Below are positions 25,301 through 37,760 of a stretch of 64,000 nt of DNA, piece after piece. Under the pieces are notes generated by a model. That model saw nothing but the letters and a program-made list of their open reading frames with translations. It did no database searches and was not told the DNA's origin. The translations under genes were made by a program, and so were the position numbers. Position 1 is the stretch's first letter, and each line of letters begins with the position of its first letter. Source of the stretch: Lama glama (Eukaryota); assembly GCA_028534125.1 (NCBI GenBank), contig CM052832.1, positions 10,852,001-10,916,000 of the forward strand, written 5' to 3'.

Positions 25301-25929
25301 AGGTTGAGCATGTGGCCAGCAGGCCTCTTCCCTCTCCTTGATGGAGGCAGCCTAATAGAAAACAGGCCTAGGAAGAAGCACACCAAGGGGTTTGTCCCAC
25401 CCGTTCCTAACTCACATGGTGACCTTGAACAAAGTGTGCTTTTTATGGAGGCCTGGGTGTCCTCATGGATAAAGTCTCCTCCCTTCTCTGATTCCTTGGC
25501 AGACCTCACCAAGGATTGCAGGTGGGGAGCTCGACGTTTAACACTTATTACATGCCTGAGAATTCTCACCCATGGACTGCCTTATTCTACACAATGACCT
25601 GGATTACTTCAAGGTCTACAGAGAACGACATCAAGGTTGGGAGAAGTTATATAACTCACCTAATGTCGTAAGTTAACAATAATGGAGCTGGTGTGTGTGC
25701 ACATACCCAACTGTGTGTGTGCATGTGTGCACCAGCTTATGTGGATGTGCCTGTTGTGGTAGACAAGTGTTTGTGTGTGTTGAGCCGCACCTGTACGTGT
25801 GTGGGTGCACATGTATGGCATCTGATCAACAACAAGGTTCCTCTGAGATGCCCTCGAAGGCAGGCACCCCAGGTCCCATCCTGTCTCCTTTTCCCTCCTT
25901 CCTTCCCACTTTCCTGTGTCTCTAGGCAG

Positions 25930-26990
25930 AAGCACCTGAATTGGTTTTCTTTTGAAAAGAAAACAAAGCCTGCTCTTTCCAAACTCCAAGTGCTTTTTAC
26001 CTGCTGGAAAATCCATAACAATTAACCAGATCTGCTGGAGGGGAAAAAAAAATCCCTGGGACCCGCTGAGATGACTCTAGGAAAGACAGTGGTTCTCCTG
26101 CGCTGGTTAAAAATTCAGAAGGCGCATTGGCATGTGATATGAGGCGCAGTCTTTTACTAACGAGATTTAATGGCCCACAATTCAATTTGAACTGAAAGAA
26201 TCCCCCGATGACTCCTTATAAAGTCTTCCGGAGCCCTGCGTCAACACCTGGGGGGCTGGTGAGAAGCAGCTATGGATTAGCTGTCTCCTCCACTGAGCGT
26301 TACAAGCCAAGGAGGTTGGGGGGAAGTCGTACACGTAGTTACCGTGGGCAGCACTGCGTAAAGTCGGCCCTGTCGACTGACTGCAGAGCCATCCAGGCCG
26401 GGGCAAAGGATGGCTAATGCCAGGGCCTGAGAGCTAATCAGAGTTACCAGGACCCACTCGGCCAGATGAATCCAGAGTTCCCTCTCCTACTAGGGGGCAC
26501 AGAGCAGAGACAGACGCCAAGTTTCTAATAATTTCAAACCAGAGGATCCTCAGGTGTGAGCTAAGACCCAGTCTTTCAAGACTTGACGTTTCTTTGTGTT
26601 CTAACTAGTTCACAAAAGAAAAAAGGAAGTTACTGTGATACCACGTTTTATTTTTGGCCACTGATTTGGCAACCTCAGCTATTCAAGAATATAACCAGAT
26701 TCCAGAGTAAGAGAAAAATGGCTGGTGGGCATTTGAAATGTCCTCGTGATAAAATCTCTGCATTAAAATACATGTGCTATTCAAGGAAGAGCAACGCAGA
26801 TCCTCAGTCAGAACGTATGAACTCTTCCTAACGAGCTGCGTTTTTCTGCTCTCACGTGACAGTTTAGTACTAGTAAACAAAGAAAATTTAAGCAAGTACA
26901 ATATGGCTGTGCTAAAGGTAGTAACCATATGGCACCAAGAATAGTAACTGGCTGACAGAGCCAAGGCAAAGATACTATAAAACCAGAGTG
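25930..26990. promoter_or_regulatory. Candidate conserved non-coding enhancer block with CpG retention and CTCF-like site
   Basis: About 1 kb without a recognisable repeat; about 16 CpG in 26060-26400; CTACTAGGGGGCAC at 26487-26500. Confidence 0.45.
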
Positions 26991-27050
26991 GAGCAGGCAC
27001 TGAAATTTAGAACCCCTCAGGGCAAGGGCGGTGCTACATTCTGGAGTCTC

Positions 27051-27452
27051 TGTATTAGTCTGTGTGTAGGCTGCCAAAACAAAAGACCTAGACTGAGTGG
27101 CTTAAACAGACATTAATTTTCTCATAATCTTGGAAGCTAGAAGTCCAAGATCAGGGGGCCAGCAGGGTTGGCTTCCAGGAACACTTTCTTCTTGGGCTGC
27201 AGGTTTATCTCCTCTGTGTCCTCACATGACCTTTCCCCTGTGGCCCCATGAGGTGAGAGAAGGCTCTGGTGTCTTTTCCTCTGCTTAAAAAAAAACTAGT
27301 CCTACCTAATTAGGGGCCCAGTCTTATGACATCATTAACCATAATTACCTCCTTAATGGCCCTGTCTCCAAACACAGTCACATTGGGCAGTGCGGGCTTC
27401 CATATATGAATTGCGGGGGCAGGGAGAGGGACACACGATTCAGTCCAGAACA
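27051..27452 (-). mobile_element. MaLR solo LTR (MLT1A-like)
   Basis: TGTATTAGTC...TTCAGTCCAGAACA termini; 5-bp TSD GTCTC/GTCCC (4/5). Confidence 0.92.
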
Positions 27453-27669
27453 GTCCCCAAAGTCTGCAGTGCCCAGCCTAGCACAGCAGTTGATATTCAC
27501 AGAGTTATCAGAAGCAGCTTTTCAATCATGTGTGGTTACTTCTTTTTAAGATGGCAGGAAAATAAGGGATGCATTTTATAAAGACTGCCAAAGAATAGTT
27601 GCCAAAATGCTGGCTTTTAAGAGAGAGAGCTCCACTTAAAAAGAATGCCATTCTTGTGAAGTCGTTCTT

Positions 27670-28080
27670 TTTTTCAGGGCCCTGACAGAGCTGTTAAGAA
27701 ATGTCACCCTCAAATTAGGACCATTTGAGGAGAGTTTAATAAAGGGGTATTTACAAAGGTGCAGGTAGAGAGGGGACCACGAGGGGGAGCTCTTGTAGCC
27801 CTCGTGACTGATGAGGGCGGGGGATGTGATGCCCCAGGCCCTGAGGCCCCGGGCTGGAGACCCTGAGGTGAGCAGGCTGGAGTAGGGGACTGCTCAACAA
27901 GCAGTGGAATCCCAGGTCCAGGTTGCAGGCAGACCCCAGCAGGGAGGGTGGAGGGAGGTGGGAAATGTGTCACCTGAATTCCATCTCTTCCTCCCTCCCT
28001 CCAGTCTCTAATAGGGACTCCCTGTGAGCTGTCCCATCAGAAGTCAGACCTCAGGGAGGGTGGAGTGCATGGTTCCAGCC
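27670..28080 (-). mobile_element. ERVL LTR33-like
   Basis: CTCAAATTAGGACCATTTGAGGAGAGTTTAATAAAGGGGTATTTACAAAGGTG resembles reverse LTR33. Confidence 0.7.
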
Positions 28081-28489
28081 TCCTGCGGTGGACGTCCCGG
28101 TACCTTACCTCATCCGGGTACAGCTGGCTCTGTGGCAGTTTATCTTGCCCGTCCCACCGGGTGTCGGGTAGGTGCAGGGGCTGGGAGAGTTTGCTCCTGT
28201 CCTCACTCTCCTCCTCCCAGCTCTGGCCCCGTTTCATTTTCTTGTCTTCTCCAAAGACGGGAGAGGGAGAGAACTCACCTAAATGCCTCTCCAGCTCTGT
28301 CCTGCCATGTCCTGTCATGACACACACCTACCACATACATGATCCCCTCCTCAACAAGAGGAATTCCTTTCACACCATAGGACACTTCAGAACCGGGCTC
28401 TATCCCTTGCTCAAGTCCCTCCCAACCAGAGGACCCTGTGCTGCAGCCGCCAGTGCCGAAAAGAACAGAGGCAGCTCCTTCACACCTGT

Positions 28490-28740
28490 GATGACTGATT
28501 TGCACCAAACTGCTCTAATTAGCACATTCCATGCTATGATTAGGCATCCAGGGGACGTATGCCAGATGCCATTAATTATGGATGTGATCTTAAATTTTTC
28601 ACTTGGAATGTTCCCTCCCACCGGATATGCCCCTTTCATCTCCCACTTTTTGTCACGTCCAAGAATAGATCCAATTAAGCCTCAAAAAGCGAAAGTTTGT
28701 TATCTTAAAGAAAAGGTAAACTAAAAATTTGTCACTCTTT
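28490..28740. promoter_or_regulatory. Candidate homeodomain-rich enhancer
   Basis: CTAATTAG 28515-28522, CCATTAATTATGG 28569-28581, CCAATTAAG 28671-28679, GTAAAC 28716-28721 in repeat-free DNA. Confidence 0.5.
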
Positions 28741-29639
28741 TTTCCTCCCCAACAGTGGTGTTGGTGGCAATCAGGAAGCAACCAAAAGAGGAAAGAAGTG
28801 TGGGGTTCTTCCCTCCCTTTTCCTGCAGACCATGGTCCACGTGGCCTATCGAGGCCACCTTGCTTGTTCTCATGGGAGCCGGGATGGGGCTCTCTTGGCA
28901 GGTTCCTGAGAGGCAGATCCAGAGCTGAGGATTCACACGCAAAGGATGCATTTAGGAAGGTGGAAAGGAGTGGGGGAGCAGGACGACGAGGGCCCAGCAA
29001 AGTGCAGTTTCAGGCCGCATCCCAGCCTCAGCCTGGTCCTAGGGCATGAAGTACACCTCTGCGTTTCTGAGACAAGGGAGCTGGGCTTTCAGACTCCACA
29101 CTCGGGCATTGATGAAGGACCACTGAGGGCTGGAGTGGGTGCAAACTCCCAGGAACCTGCCTGCTCACTGCAGGTGTGGACCCGGCAGTTCCCAAAGGCA
29201 GTTCTTTGATGAGAATAACAGGCGTGGGCCGTTACAAACTAGATAGAAGCCAGGGCCTGGCTGCGCAGAATTGCCAGTAAATGGGTATCAACAGGGTCAG
29301 AGACAGCAGCATAGGAAATGGAGAGTACCTCGTTGCTCTGTTTCAGGCCCCTCGCACCCCAAGTTAGCATGCCCCTGTGTGGTCTATGGGTGCAGGTGCT
29401 CCAAGCCCCACATGTGGACCTGGCACTGAGCCGCGTGCTGCAGTAGAGGCACCGGCAAATCCTGCTGGGTTTAACACTCAGTGTCAGAAACTGGCCTAAC
29501 ACAGATGAAAAATTTGAGGGTGTCCAGATTAAATGCAGAGCTGTGTGGTTGAAACATAATTGCTGGAAGGGTTTATCAGTGTGAAGAGTGTCTCCCAGGA
29601 GTTAGAATTCGAGCTGGGCTCAAGAGGATGTGAAGGGAA

Positions 29640-29885
29640 AGCAGTGATTACTTACCTATCATGCTTTATTCTGCATGAAAAGCACTCTCCCATCTGTTTT
29701 CTCACTGGCCTTGAAACAAGACCCTAAGGTGGTATAATATCTCCATTTTACAAGTGAGGAAAATTGAGGCTCAGAAAAGTCATGGACTGACTTGCCCAAG
29801 ATACTCCAGTGTCACGTGGTGAAAATTTGAGTTTACGGCTTTAGAGTCTAAGGCCTGTGTTCTCTCTGCTATGCCACACTGTCTC
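29640..29885 (-). mobile_element. MIR SINE
   Basis: CCATTTTACAAGTGAGGAAAATTGAGGCTCAGA...GACTTGCCCAAG. Confidence 0.85.
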
Positions 29886-30469
29886 CCAGGGAGTAGACCT
29901 AGCAGGGCATAGAGGACAAGGAAGGGCATTCCAGGTAGGGAACGGCATGAGCAAAGTCTTGGAGGCTGAAATGGGTACATAAAGGCTAGGAGGAAAGAAG
30001 CTGGTTTGATTGATATCCATGTTGTAGCAGCGTTCTCACCCCCGTGATCTGTCCCTACCATGTCACAGTGGAATAGTAGTCTCCCTCTAGAAGGAATCCA
30101 GGCCTGGCAGTAACCCCTCGTGGAAGTGGCTGCCCATCCAAGCCTTTAGTTTCAACAGGAGTCGCATAGGAGTTAATATGCAGGAGGCTGAGAGCCAGAG
30201 GGTTGTACAGGGCAGCAAGGACACTGTTGGTCAGAGACCCAGGCCAGGGAAGGCTGCTTCGCTTGTCCCAATAGGCTGGCAACCAAGTGCAGCTTTGCAT
30301 GGCTAGAGATGCCCAAGGACACTGCTACCCCAGGCCAGTCACCACTGTCTCCTGTCCCATCTCAGCTTCAGAGTGGCACTAGGGGAAGACAAGCTGTCAG
30401 CCAATTCACCAGACATCTGGTAAGCATCTCCTATGCCGGACACTGGTACCCAGTCTCTGGTACACTACA

Positions 30470-30989
30470 GCTGGGATATTTTCAAATCTGCCCACAGAAT
30501 CATCGGCACTCCTTCCTTCAAAAGGTGGAGGCTAACCCCTTGAATGTGGGCTGTGCTTAGTGATGTGTACCTAGTCAGCAGAATGTGGCAGGAGTGATGA
30601 TATGTGACTTCCAAAGCCAGGTCATTAAAGACATTGTTACTTCTGTCTGCGTCTCTCTCTCCTGAATTGCTTACTCTGGGGGAATCCAGCCCGCATGTTG
30701 TGAGGCACTCTTGCAACCCAGGAAGAGGCCATCCTGGGGAGGAGCAGTGCCTCCCACCATGCCACCCAGCCACTGCTTCTCCTCCTGAGCTCCTCCAGCC
30801 CCAACCAGGCCTTCGGATGAAAGCATCCCTGACCAACATCTTAACTGCAGCCTCATGAGAAATCTCGAGCCAGCACCACCCCGCTAAGCTGTACCCACCC
30901 AAATGTCCAACCCAGAAACCATAAATGTTTATTATTGTTTTAAAGCATTAAATCTTAAGGTAACTTGTTAAGCAGCAATAACTAATACA
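30470..30989 (+). mobile_element. MaLR LTR (MLT1F-like)
   Basis: CCTTCAAAAGGTGGAGGCTAACCCCTTGAATGTGGGCTG; TGTGACTTCCAAAGCCAGGTCAT; end GCAGCAATAACTAATACA. Confidence 0.9.
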
Positions 30990-31301
30990 AGACAGTACAG
31001 AGTATCAGGACCCCACTGATAATGGGCCTTCTTGATTCCATCTTAGGTACATATATGCACAGCATCACAGTATTGATACAGAAAAACCTGAATCCAAAAG
31101 CTTTTGAAAATAATGGGCCATTTTGCTGAAGATTCTCTGAAATAGGGAGAAGGGAGGTAGGAATTACATCCCACAGCAGCGACCCAAACTCCTTATAATT
31201 TTCTCTGACTTCCTCTTCTAGAAGATGCTCTCTAGATGTGCCTGCTTTTTCCAGAACACCAGCCCACCTGTGCCACGCCTCCACAGTGCTTCCACTGGTA
31301 G

Positions 31302-31806
31302 TGTTACCGAACCAGGTTTGTTTTGCCCAATGCACAGCAAGCCAAAATGCTAAGAAATTTTGTTGGTTTGCAACAAAGAGGGTTTATTTGCAAGGCAGCC
31401 AATCAAGGAGACAGAAGAAATCTCAAATCCGCCTCCCCAAAGGCAAGGGCCTCAGGATATTTATGGAATAAAGAAGAAAGAGGCAGGGCAGTCTGAGGTG
31501 TGGGGAGCTTGGGAAGCTTGGGGAAAGGTGATTGGGGAAAAAGTGATAATCGAGCCTTCTGCACAGGCGTAATTAACTATACGCCTCCACAGGTTCAAAA
31601 GATCATGAGGACGCTCGCACGTGCCCAGTTGAAGAGTCAGTGGTCCCATCCAGTCTTAACCAGCTCAGCTCGTACTGGATGCAACTGACTCCAAGTTCCT
31701 TGGAAACAAGGCGGGTAAACACCCTACTGTTGAAGCCACGTGCTGCTTGGAGGACATGCAACCTGGACTAGTGAAGGCAGGTGAAATGGATTTAACTACG
31801 GTTTCA
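31302..31806 (-). mobile_element. ERV1-class solo LTR with perfect TSD
   Basis: TGTTACC...GGTTTCA termini; GTAG duplicated at 31298-31301 and 31807-31810; reverse poly(A) signal GGTTTATTT. Confidence 0.9.
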
Positions 31807-32289
31807 GTAGCGCCGTCCCAGTGTTCTTCCCAACTGTTACCCGCGGCCAGGACAACAGAGGCATCACCAAGTGGACAATCGTGCAAGGTCAGTGCGAGTC
31901 TGGGGAGGGTGTGTGTGCCCTCTGAGGGTCACCAGAGCTTCATGGAGGCCTGAGTGAGAGCTGAGATGTGAAAGACTCCAAGAGGTGGAGAGGGCGTTCC
32001 CAGCTGAGACCTGAAGTTGTACAAAAGCATAGGGAGGGCTGCGTGTTTGGGGAGTGGTGCCCCTCAGCTCTTGCACGGAAAGAGAGAGAGAGCTTTAGGG
32101 TCCAGAGGCTCTGGGCAACCTCTGGGGTGGAGTGGGCTGGGGTTGCCTAAACCTTGGATTGTTCTTTTATTGGAAAACAGCCCGGTTTGAGGTTTGCTTT
32201 GGTTTCTAAGTCGTAGTGAGGGCTTGCCCAGCCAGTTCATCTCTCTGGGCCTCAGTTTACTCCTCTGTATACAGGGTTATAACTCTCAA

Positions 32290-32716
32290 ACTGTAATGAG
32301 CTCAGAATCACATGGAGAACTGGTTAAATACTGATTCCTGGGCCCCATTCCCTGGGCAGAGCCTGGGACTCTGCCTTTTAACAAGGGCCCAAGGGCATTC
32401 TGCTGCAGTTGGCCCTCATGTTTTAGTAGCTTACTGAACTGTCTTGACGCTAAGAATCAGCCAGGAAATTGTGAAAAACTTAGCTTCCAGATCCCGCCCC
32501 TGGAGATTCTAGTCCAAGGAGCTGGCCTAGAGTGGTGATTCTCCAAGTGTGGTCCCGGGAGCAACCGTAGCTGGGGCACGTGGGGATTTGTTATACGTGC
32601 ACAATGTCAGGCTTCCCATGAGAGCTACTGAATTGCAAACTCGGGCAGGAGACAACCATTTGCTTGAACAAGCTCTCCAGGTGAGTCTGATGCCCACTAA
32701 TCTAAGACAGCCATTG
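32290..32716. mobile_element. Cluster of MER5-family MITE fragments
   Basis: CAGAATCACATGGAGAACTGGTTAAATACTGATTCCTGGGCCCC; AAGTGTGGTCCC; AACAAGCTCTCCAGGTGAGTCTGATGC. Confidence 0.75.
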
Positions 32717-34119
32717 GCCTAGAGTTTGTATTGCTTAACGATTATAGCAGGTGAGTCATAGCATTGGAGAAGGTTGGGAAGCCTTGCATATCCTCAAGGA
32801 CACTTCCAGCTCCTGTTGCCCAAGGTTCCAGGAAGGCAAGGATTCTCCCCACCTCATCTCTGGGCCTCTCCCGAAAAAAGTATCCAGGAAACCGTCAGTA
32901 TTTCCCCTTTATAAGCAAGTAATTTTTGGAAGAGCTGGGGACCAGGTGATGAAAACCCCCATCTCACAACTGCACACTCATCCATTCCTCCACACCTGGT
33001 CTCCAGTGCTCCCCTGAGAAGTGGAGGCCACGGAGGAACTTCCAGAATCCAAGATTTAACGAGAATGAGGCTGGGTCAGCAGGGGCCACTTCCTTTTATT
33101 AATTCATTCCTGCCAGCTGACATCTCATTTTCTGGAAGCTGACCTGTGTAGCCCGGCTCCACCCGCACCCCCCAGCTGGCTCCCACTCTCCCTCCTGCCT
33201 GCCAGGGAGCGCCTCCCGCTAAGAATAATAAGATGTGAGCAGGCACTGGGCCCACTATCCATCAGAAGAATGAGCCGCTTCCTCTGCTCCCCTTTCAACT
33301 CATTTTTAAAATTCTGAGGCAGACTCATTATCTTATGGCTGACAGGGAAGGGAGGTTCCTGGCCTCTCAATCCTGTGCTCCCAGTACCGTGGCTCCAGGG
33401 GCTCCCCTCTTTTTCCCATTTCCATAGGGTGTCTGGAACCCACCATCAGTGTGTCCAGCCTTCCATCCTCTCACCTACACACACACTTTATTAATTTATT
33501 TGTTCATTCAGCATGTATTTGTCGAGCACATCCCTTGTGTCAGGCGGCATGTTAGGAGATAAGGATGTTTGTGATCATGTATGACCTGAGCAAGTATCTT
33601 AGACCTTAGCAGACAAAGCTTGACCCTAGAGCTTCATTAGAGCCTCCGCACAGCCAGGGAGGTCTTGTAGGTGGAGGAATGGGACTTTGGGAGAGGAAAG
33701 GAGAATGAGGGAAAGCATGGGGAAAAGAACTAGTCTGACTTCAGTTCAACTGAGAAACCTATTCACTGAGCAATTAACATGTTCCAGGAACTTCACTGGG
33801 GCTCAAGCAGGCTGTGCATAGTGTGACTGCAGATACCTGGCCTTTGGGGTGGATCAGTCAGAGACAGTTCTTCCTGGTTTCCTGAGAGGCATTGCAGCAT
33901 TGAGGGCAGAACCCTGGTCTGCAGGCAAAAGAAAGGAATGCTAGTCTGACTGGTCCTCTGGCTAGCTGTGACCTTGGAGAAATCACTTTATCCCGAAGCC
34001 TCCAACCTTCTGTGGTGGGGGATGGAGTTCTCTGAAAAACGGGAGTCATCATAACTACCCTGCTAAGACAGATGGGATCATTGTGACTGCACCTTGCAGA
34101 CTGTGGACAGCCATAGATA

Positions 34120-34490
34120 CTTATTCCACAAATATATATTTAGCACCTACTGTCTTCCAGACATGATTTAACTGCAGATCAGTTAACACAGTGGAGGGAG
34201 ATCCCTGTCCTCATGGAGATTTCTGTGGGGGAAGATGGATGATGAATAAACAAATACTGGGTCCATGTGTCAAGCACTCTGGAGGAAAGGCCAGCAGAGT
34301 TACGGGATTAGGAAGGACTGAGGGAATTGGTGCTGCTATTTGTATAAAATGGCCAGAGAAGGTCATTTAATAAGTGACCAAGTGGTGCTTGAGCAGGAGG
34401 TGAACGAAGAGGGGAGAGAATCACAGGTTATTTGGGGAAAGAGCATACCAAGTGAGGGAACTGCTAGTGCAAAGGCCCTGAGGTGGGTAT
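34120..34490 (-). mobile_element. L2 3' fragment
   Basis: TATTTAGCACCTACTGT; CCCTGTCCTCATGGAG; GTGCAAAGGCCCTGAGGTGGG. Confidence 0.8.
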
Positions 34491-34910
34491 GTGCTACAAA
34501 GAGCATCAGGGTTACTAACGAGGGGAGAACCAACTGTGAAAGTTTCAGGAAGCTTGACAGCTACTTTTAAAACACAACCATTATTTAAAAGTATATAAAT
34601 CTATAATATATCAAAAAGAAAGGTAATAAGTATTCAAAACCCATCACTTTCTAGTTATTTAGCTGTATTTTGCTCTGATCCATGCTCTCCAGGTTATTTA
34701 CATCCATTGTAGGCATGTAGTGGAAGTGCCATATAATAAGAAGGTGACTGCCTATCTCTTCTCAACTCTACATTCAGTGACGTCATGTCAGGGGCTTGAA
34801 ATCAGCCACGCTGGAAGTATTTACACCGTGGAAATTGGCAAATACTGCGAATCACAGCTGCTCCTCCCCTCCTCCATAGAGTGGACTGTGAACATTTTAG
34901 CCCACCAATG
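34491..34910 (+). mobile_element. MER63-like hAT-Blackjack element
   Basis: AAAGGTAATAAGTATTCAAAACCCATCACTT; TTCAGTGACGTCA; AGTATTTACACCGTGGAAATTGGCAAA. Confidence 0.8.
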
Positions 34911-37029
34911 CCTTTAGTAACTTGTACGAAGTTGCCTAGCTCATAAGTAGCAATCTTAAGTTGAGCCCCAGCCACTGGCTCCAGAGTCTACACTGTTTAC
35001 CCCAAAGCAACTTTGTGAGATGAGAGGCGAGGGCCCTAACCTCAGGGAGCTTATACGAGGGAGATACGAATGTCTGGGCCTTGAAGGACAGATGGCATCT
35101 TGCCAGGAAGAGACTCAGGTCAGAAGATGGCATTTTAGGTGGAGGGAACAGACAGTGCAAAGGCCCAGAGTGTGGGGGAGAGAGGGATGCATTCAGGGAA
35201 CAGTGAATGGCCCCACCTGGCTGTCATCTTCCACATCCTCACCAATTCTAGAGACGCCTCCCTTTGGGGCCTCCAAATGACAGCTTTCCAAAAACATTTT
35301 ATCTTCTGCATTGTCTCTGTCTTTGCTCAGTGATTCACATTTTACTCAAGGTGGTAGTAAAGTGGATAAGTACCACAAACACAGAGACTGGGAAAATTGT
35401 GTGTGCGTGCGTGTGTGTGTGTGTTGGGGTGGGAGGTGGCAGGGAGGAGGCCTGGTATAGTGAATCTGGCCTGGGGTTAAGCATTTCCCTCCAGTCTGTT
35501 AATTATCTGCCCTGAGCAAGACCGCTTGGTAGAGGCTGGTGGGAGGCAGGGCAGGAGATGGGTGACGGCTGTGCTTGGGTGTCCTTGTCACTCTGTAGTA
35601 GCTCAGGATCTGCTGTCCTGGTCACTCTCATGAGGTTAACGAGACAGTGAACATCTCTGGGTCAGCTGTTATGTCATCCAGCATCCTTGGTAAGGGTCAT
35701 ATATGCAGTCATTTCCCCCTGGGAGGACAGATTCCTCTTTCTGAACTCTGTACTGAGACCACCCGAAGAGGGAGAGCAGGAGACATTTCATTTCTCCAGA
35801 TGAGCTTTTGGCCTCTTTTTATCTGTCCCTGTGAACTATGTCACCTAACCCTTGGCCTCTAAGGGACTATATCCTGTAAATTTAATGCTGCTCTCTGTAA
35901 TGGGTTCCAGAAAGCAGAAAGGCCTCAGTGGAAATTTCCATTGAGGTTCAGCGTAACCGTTCTTCTTGGAAGAATACTCTTGGATAAGATAATAGAAATC
36001 CTCTTGTTTGCCTGGAATCTTAAAGGGAAGAGTGCTGGTGGAAGGAGCCCAGAGACTACGGTCTCTCCAAAAGGTTCTAGAGCTTTGGAAGATCTTGAGG
36101 TCACTAACTTCTGGCAAGAAGCACAGGATCTGCAGAACTGAAGAGTCGTGTTTGAGCGATGAATGAACTCAAGCCAGTGCCCATTTGAGAAGAGCAGAGG
36201 AAGGGTTAGGAATAAGTGGTCCTGCACTCAAGGTGGCCTTGTGGTGAACACATGGGGTACATGTGTCTGGCGGCTGAATGTGGAGGGGCTCCCTGGCTGA
36301 TGGTTGGAGGTGAGCCCTCTGCACATGCAGGTATTGGGAATTGCTGGTTTTGAATCTATAGAGACCAGCCAATCTCCCCCAAATGAGAACTCTTAACTAC
36401 AATGCTTTTCCCTTTTCGTCTGGACTACCAGGACACTCAGAGGTAAAATTAGTGTTCGGCTAGTGACTAGACATTCCAGGATTCTGACAAATCTATTTCT
36501 TAGTGGATCTGCTTTTGGTCCTTGTTAAGATTGTGGTGGAAAAAAAAAAAGAATGGAGGTAACATATCACACTAAAATAGAAGTTTTTTTTCTTTTCCAA
36601 AATTAATCTTTAGCCTCAAAGAGTAGCTCTTTGTGGGTCCCTGGGGAAGAAAAGGTGAAGAAGCACACAATCGGTCAAAGGGGCCTTGGCTCCCCTCTGC
36701 CTGCTGTGTGGCTCTCCTCACCTGTGGGCCCTCTGCTTCCTCATGCTGATCTTTATTGGGCACCTCCAATAAGCCTATATCCCAAACAGTTTTAGCTCTT
36801 CCACATCCTCCAGGCTCTATCCCATCCAAGTCCATTCGTCTGCTTGTCCATGGATCCATCCCTCCACCCACCCCCTGAACTCTCTCAGCAAACACTGAGC
36901 ACTCTTGATCTGTATCAAGACAGGCCAATAGCATTGACTAGGAATTGCTTTCTGCCTTCCAGCAGCCTTTGCTTCCAGTAGGGGAGAAAACTTGCCAGTG
37001 GATAAGTTCAAGAGATGTTAGGACATTGG

Positions 37030-37760
37030 GGTGGTAGTTAATTCAGGGTTCAGAGAAGAGAGAGCATGGGCTCTGGGACCAGGCTGTCTGGGTTTTGAAT
37101 ACTGGCTCTACCACTTAATAGCTGTGTGACCTTTGGCAAACTACTTAACTTCTCTGTGTCTCAGTCTTCTTGGCTGTCAAACAGTATTCTATTGGAGCCA
37201 CCACAGAAGGTTGTTCTGGTTATCTGCTGCGTAACACAGTGTCTAGTCATTTTAGGGTATCTCACCAGGTGGTGGGCCAGTTATCAGGCAAGGCTTGGCT
37301 ACTTGGTGCTTTTGCTCCACATGCTCAGCTGAGGTCGCTCAATGATCATTCAGCCGTAGGGTCCCAGACGGCTTTACTCACATGTTTGGCACCTCAGCCA
37401 GGGTGGCTTGAAAGGCTGGGCCCAGCTAGGACTCACTAGAGCACATGGATGTGGCCCCTCCAGCATAGCATCCCTGGGCTAGTCAAACTTCTCCCAAGGC
37501 CACCTAGGGCTGCCAAAGAGATGGAGGGGGAAGCCACTGGTGTCCACAGGCACAGTATCACCTCCACCACATTCTCCCGGTCAGAGTGGACCCAGGGCCT
37601 GCCCTGGTTCAAGGTGAGAAGACTTAGACTCCATACCTCCAGTGGGAAGAGTGGGGAGGATTTGTGGTCATTCCTTAGGTCTCCACGGTTTTGTGAAGAT
37701 GGAGTGAGTTAATAAGTGGAGAGCAGTTAGGCAACTGACAGTGTGAGAGACACACAAGTG
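37030..37760 (+). mobile_element. MIR split by MLT1 LTR
   Basis: GCTGTGTGACCTTTGGCAAACTACTTAACTTCTCTGTGTCTCAGT; resumes after ~37688 with GTGAAGATGGAGTGAGTTAATA. Confidence 0.75.
37212..37687 (-). mobile_element. MaLR LTR (MLT1H/I-like) nested in MIR
   Basis: TATCTGCTGCGTAACA; GTGGCCCCTCCAGCATAG; CTGGTTCAAGG; GGGAAGAGTGG. Confidence 0.7.

Noticed and set aside
28065..28724. 219-aa ORF
   Set aside because: No recognisable domain, starts at a GTG in the tail of an LTR-like segment, and overlaps a motif-rich non-coding block; ORFs of this length arise by chance
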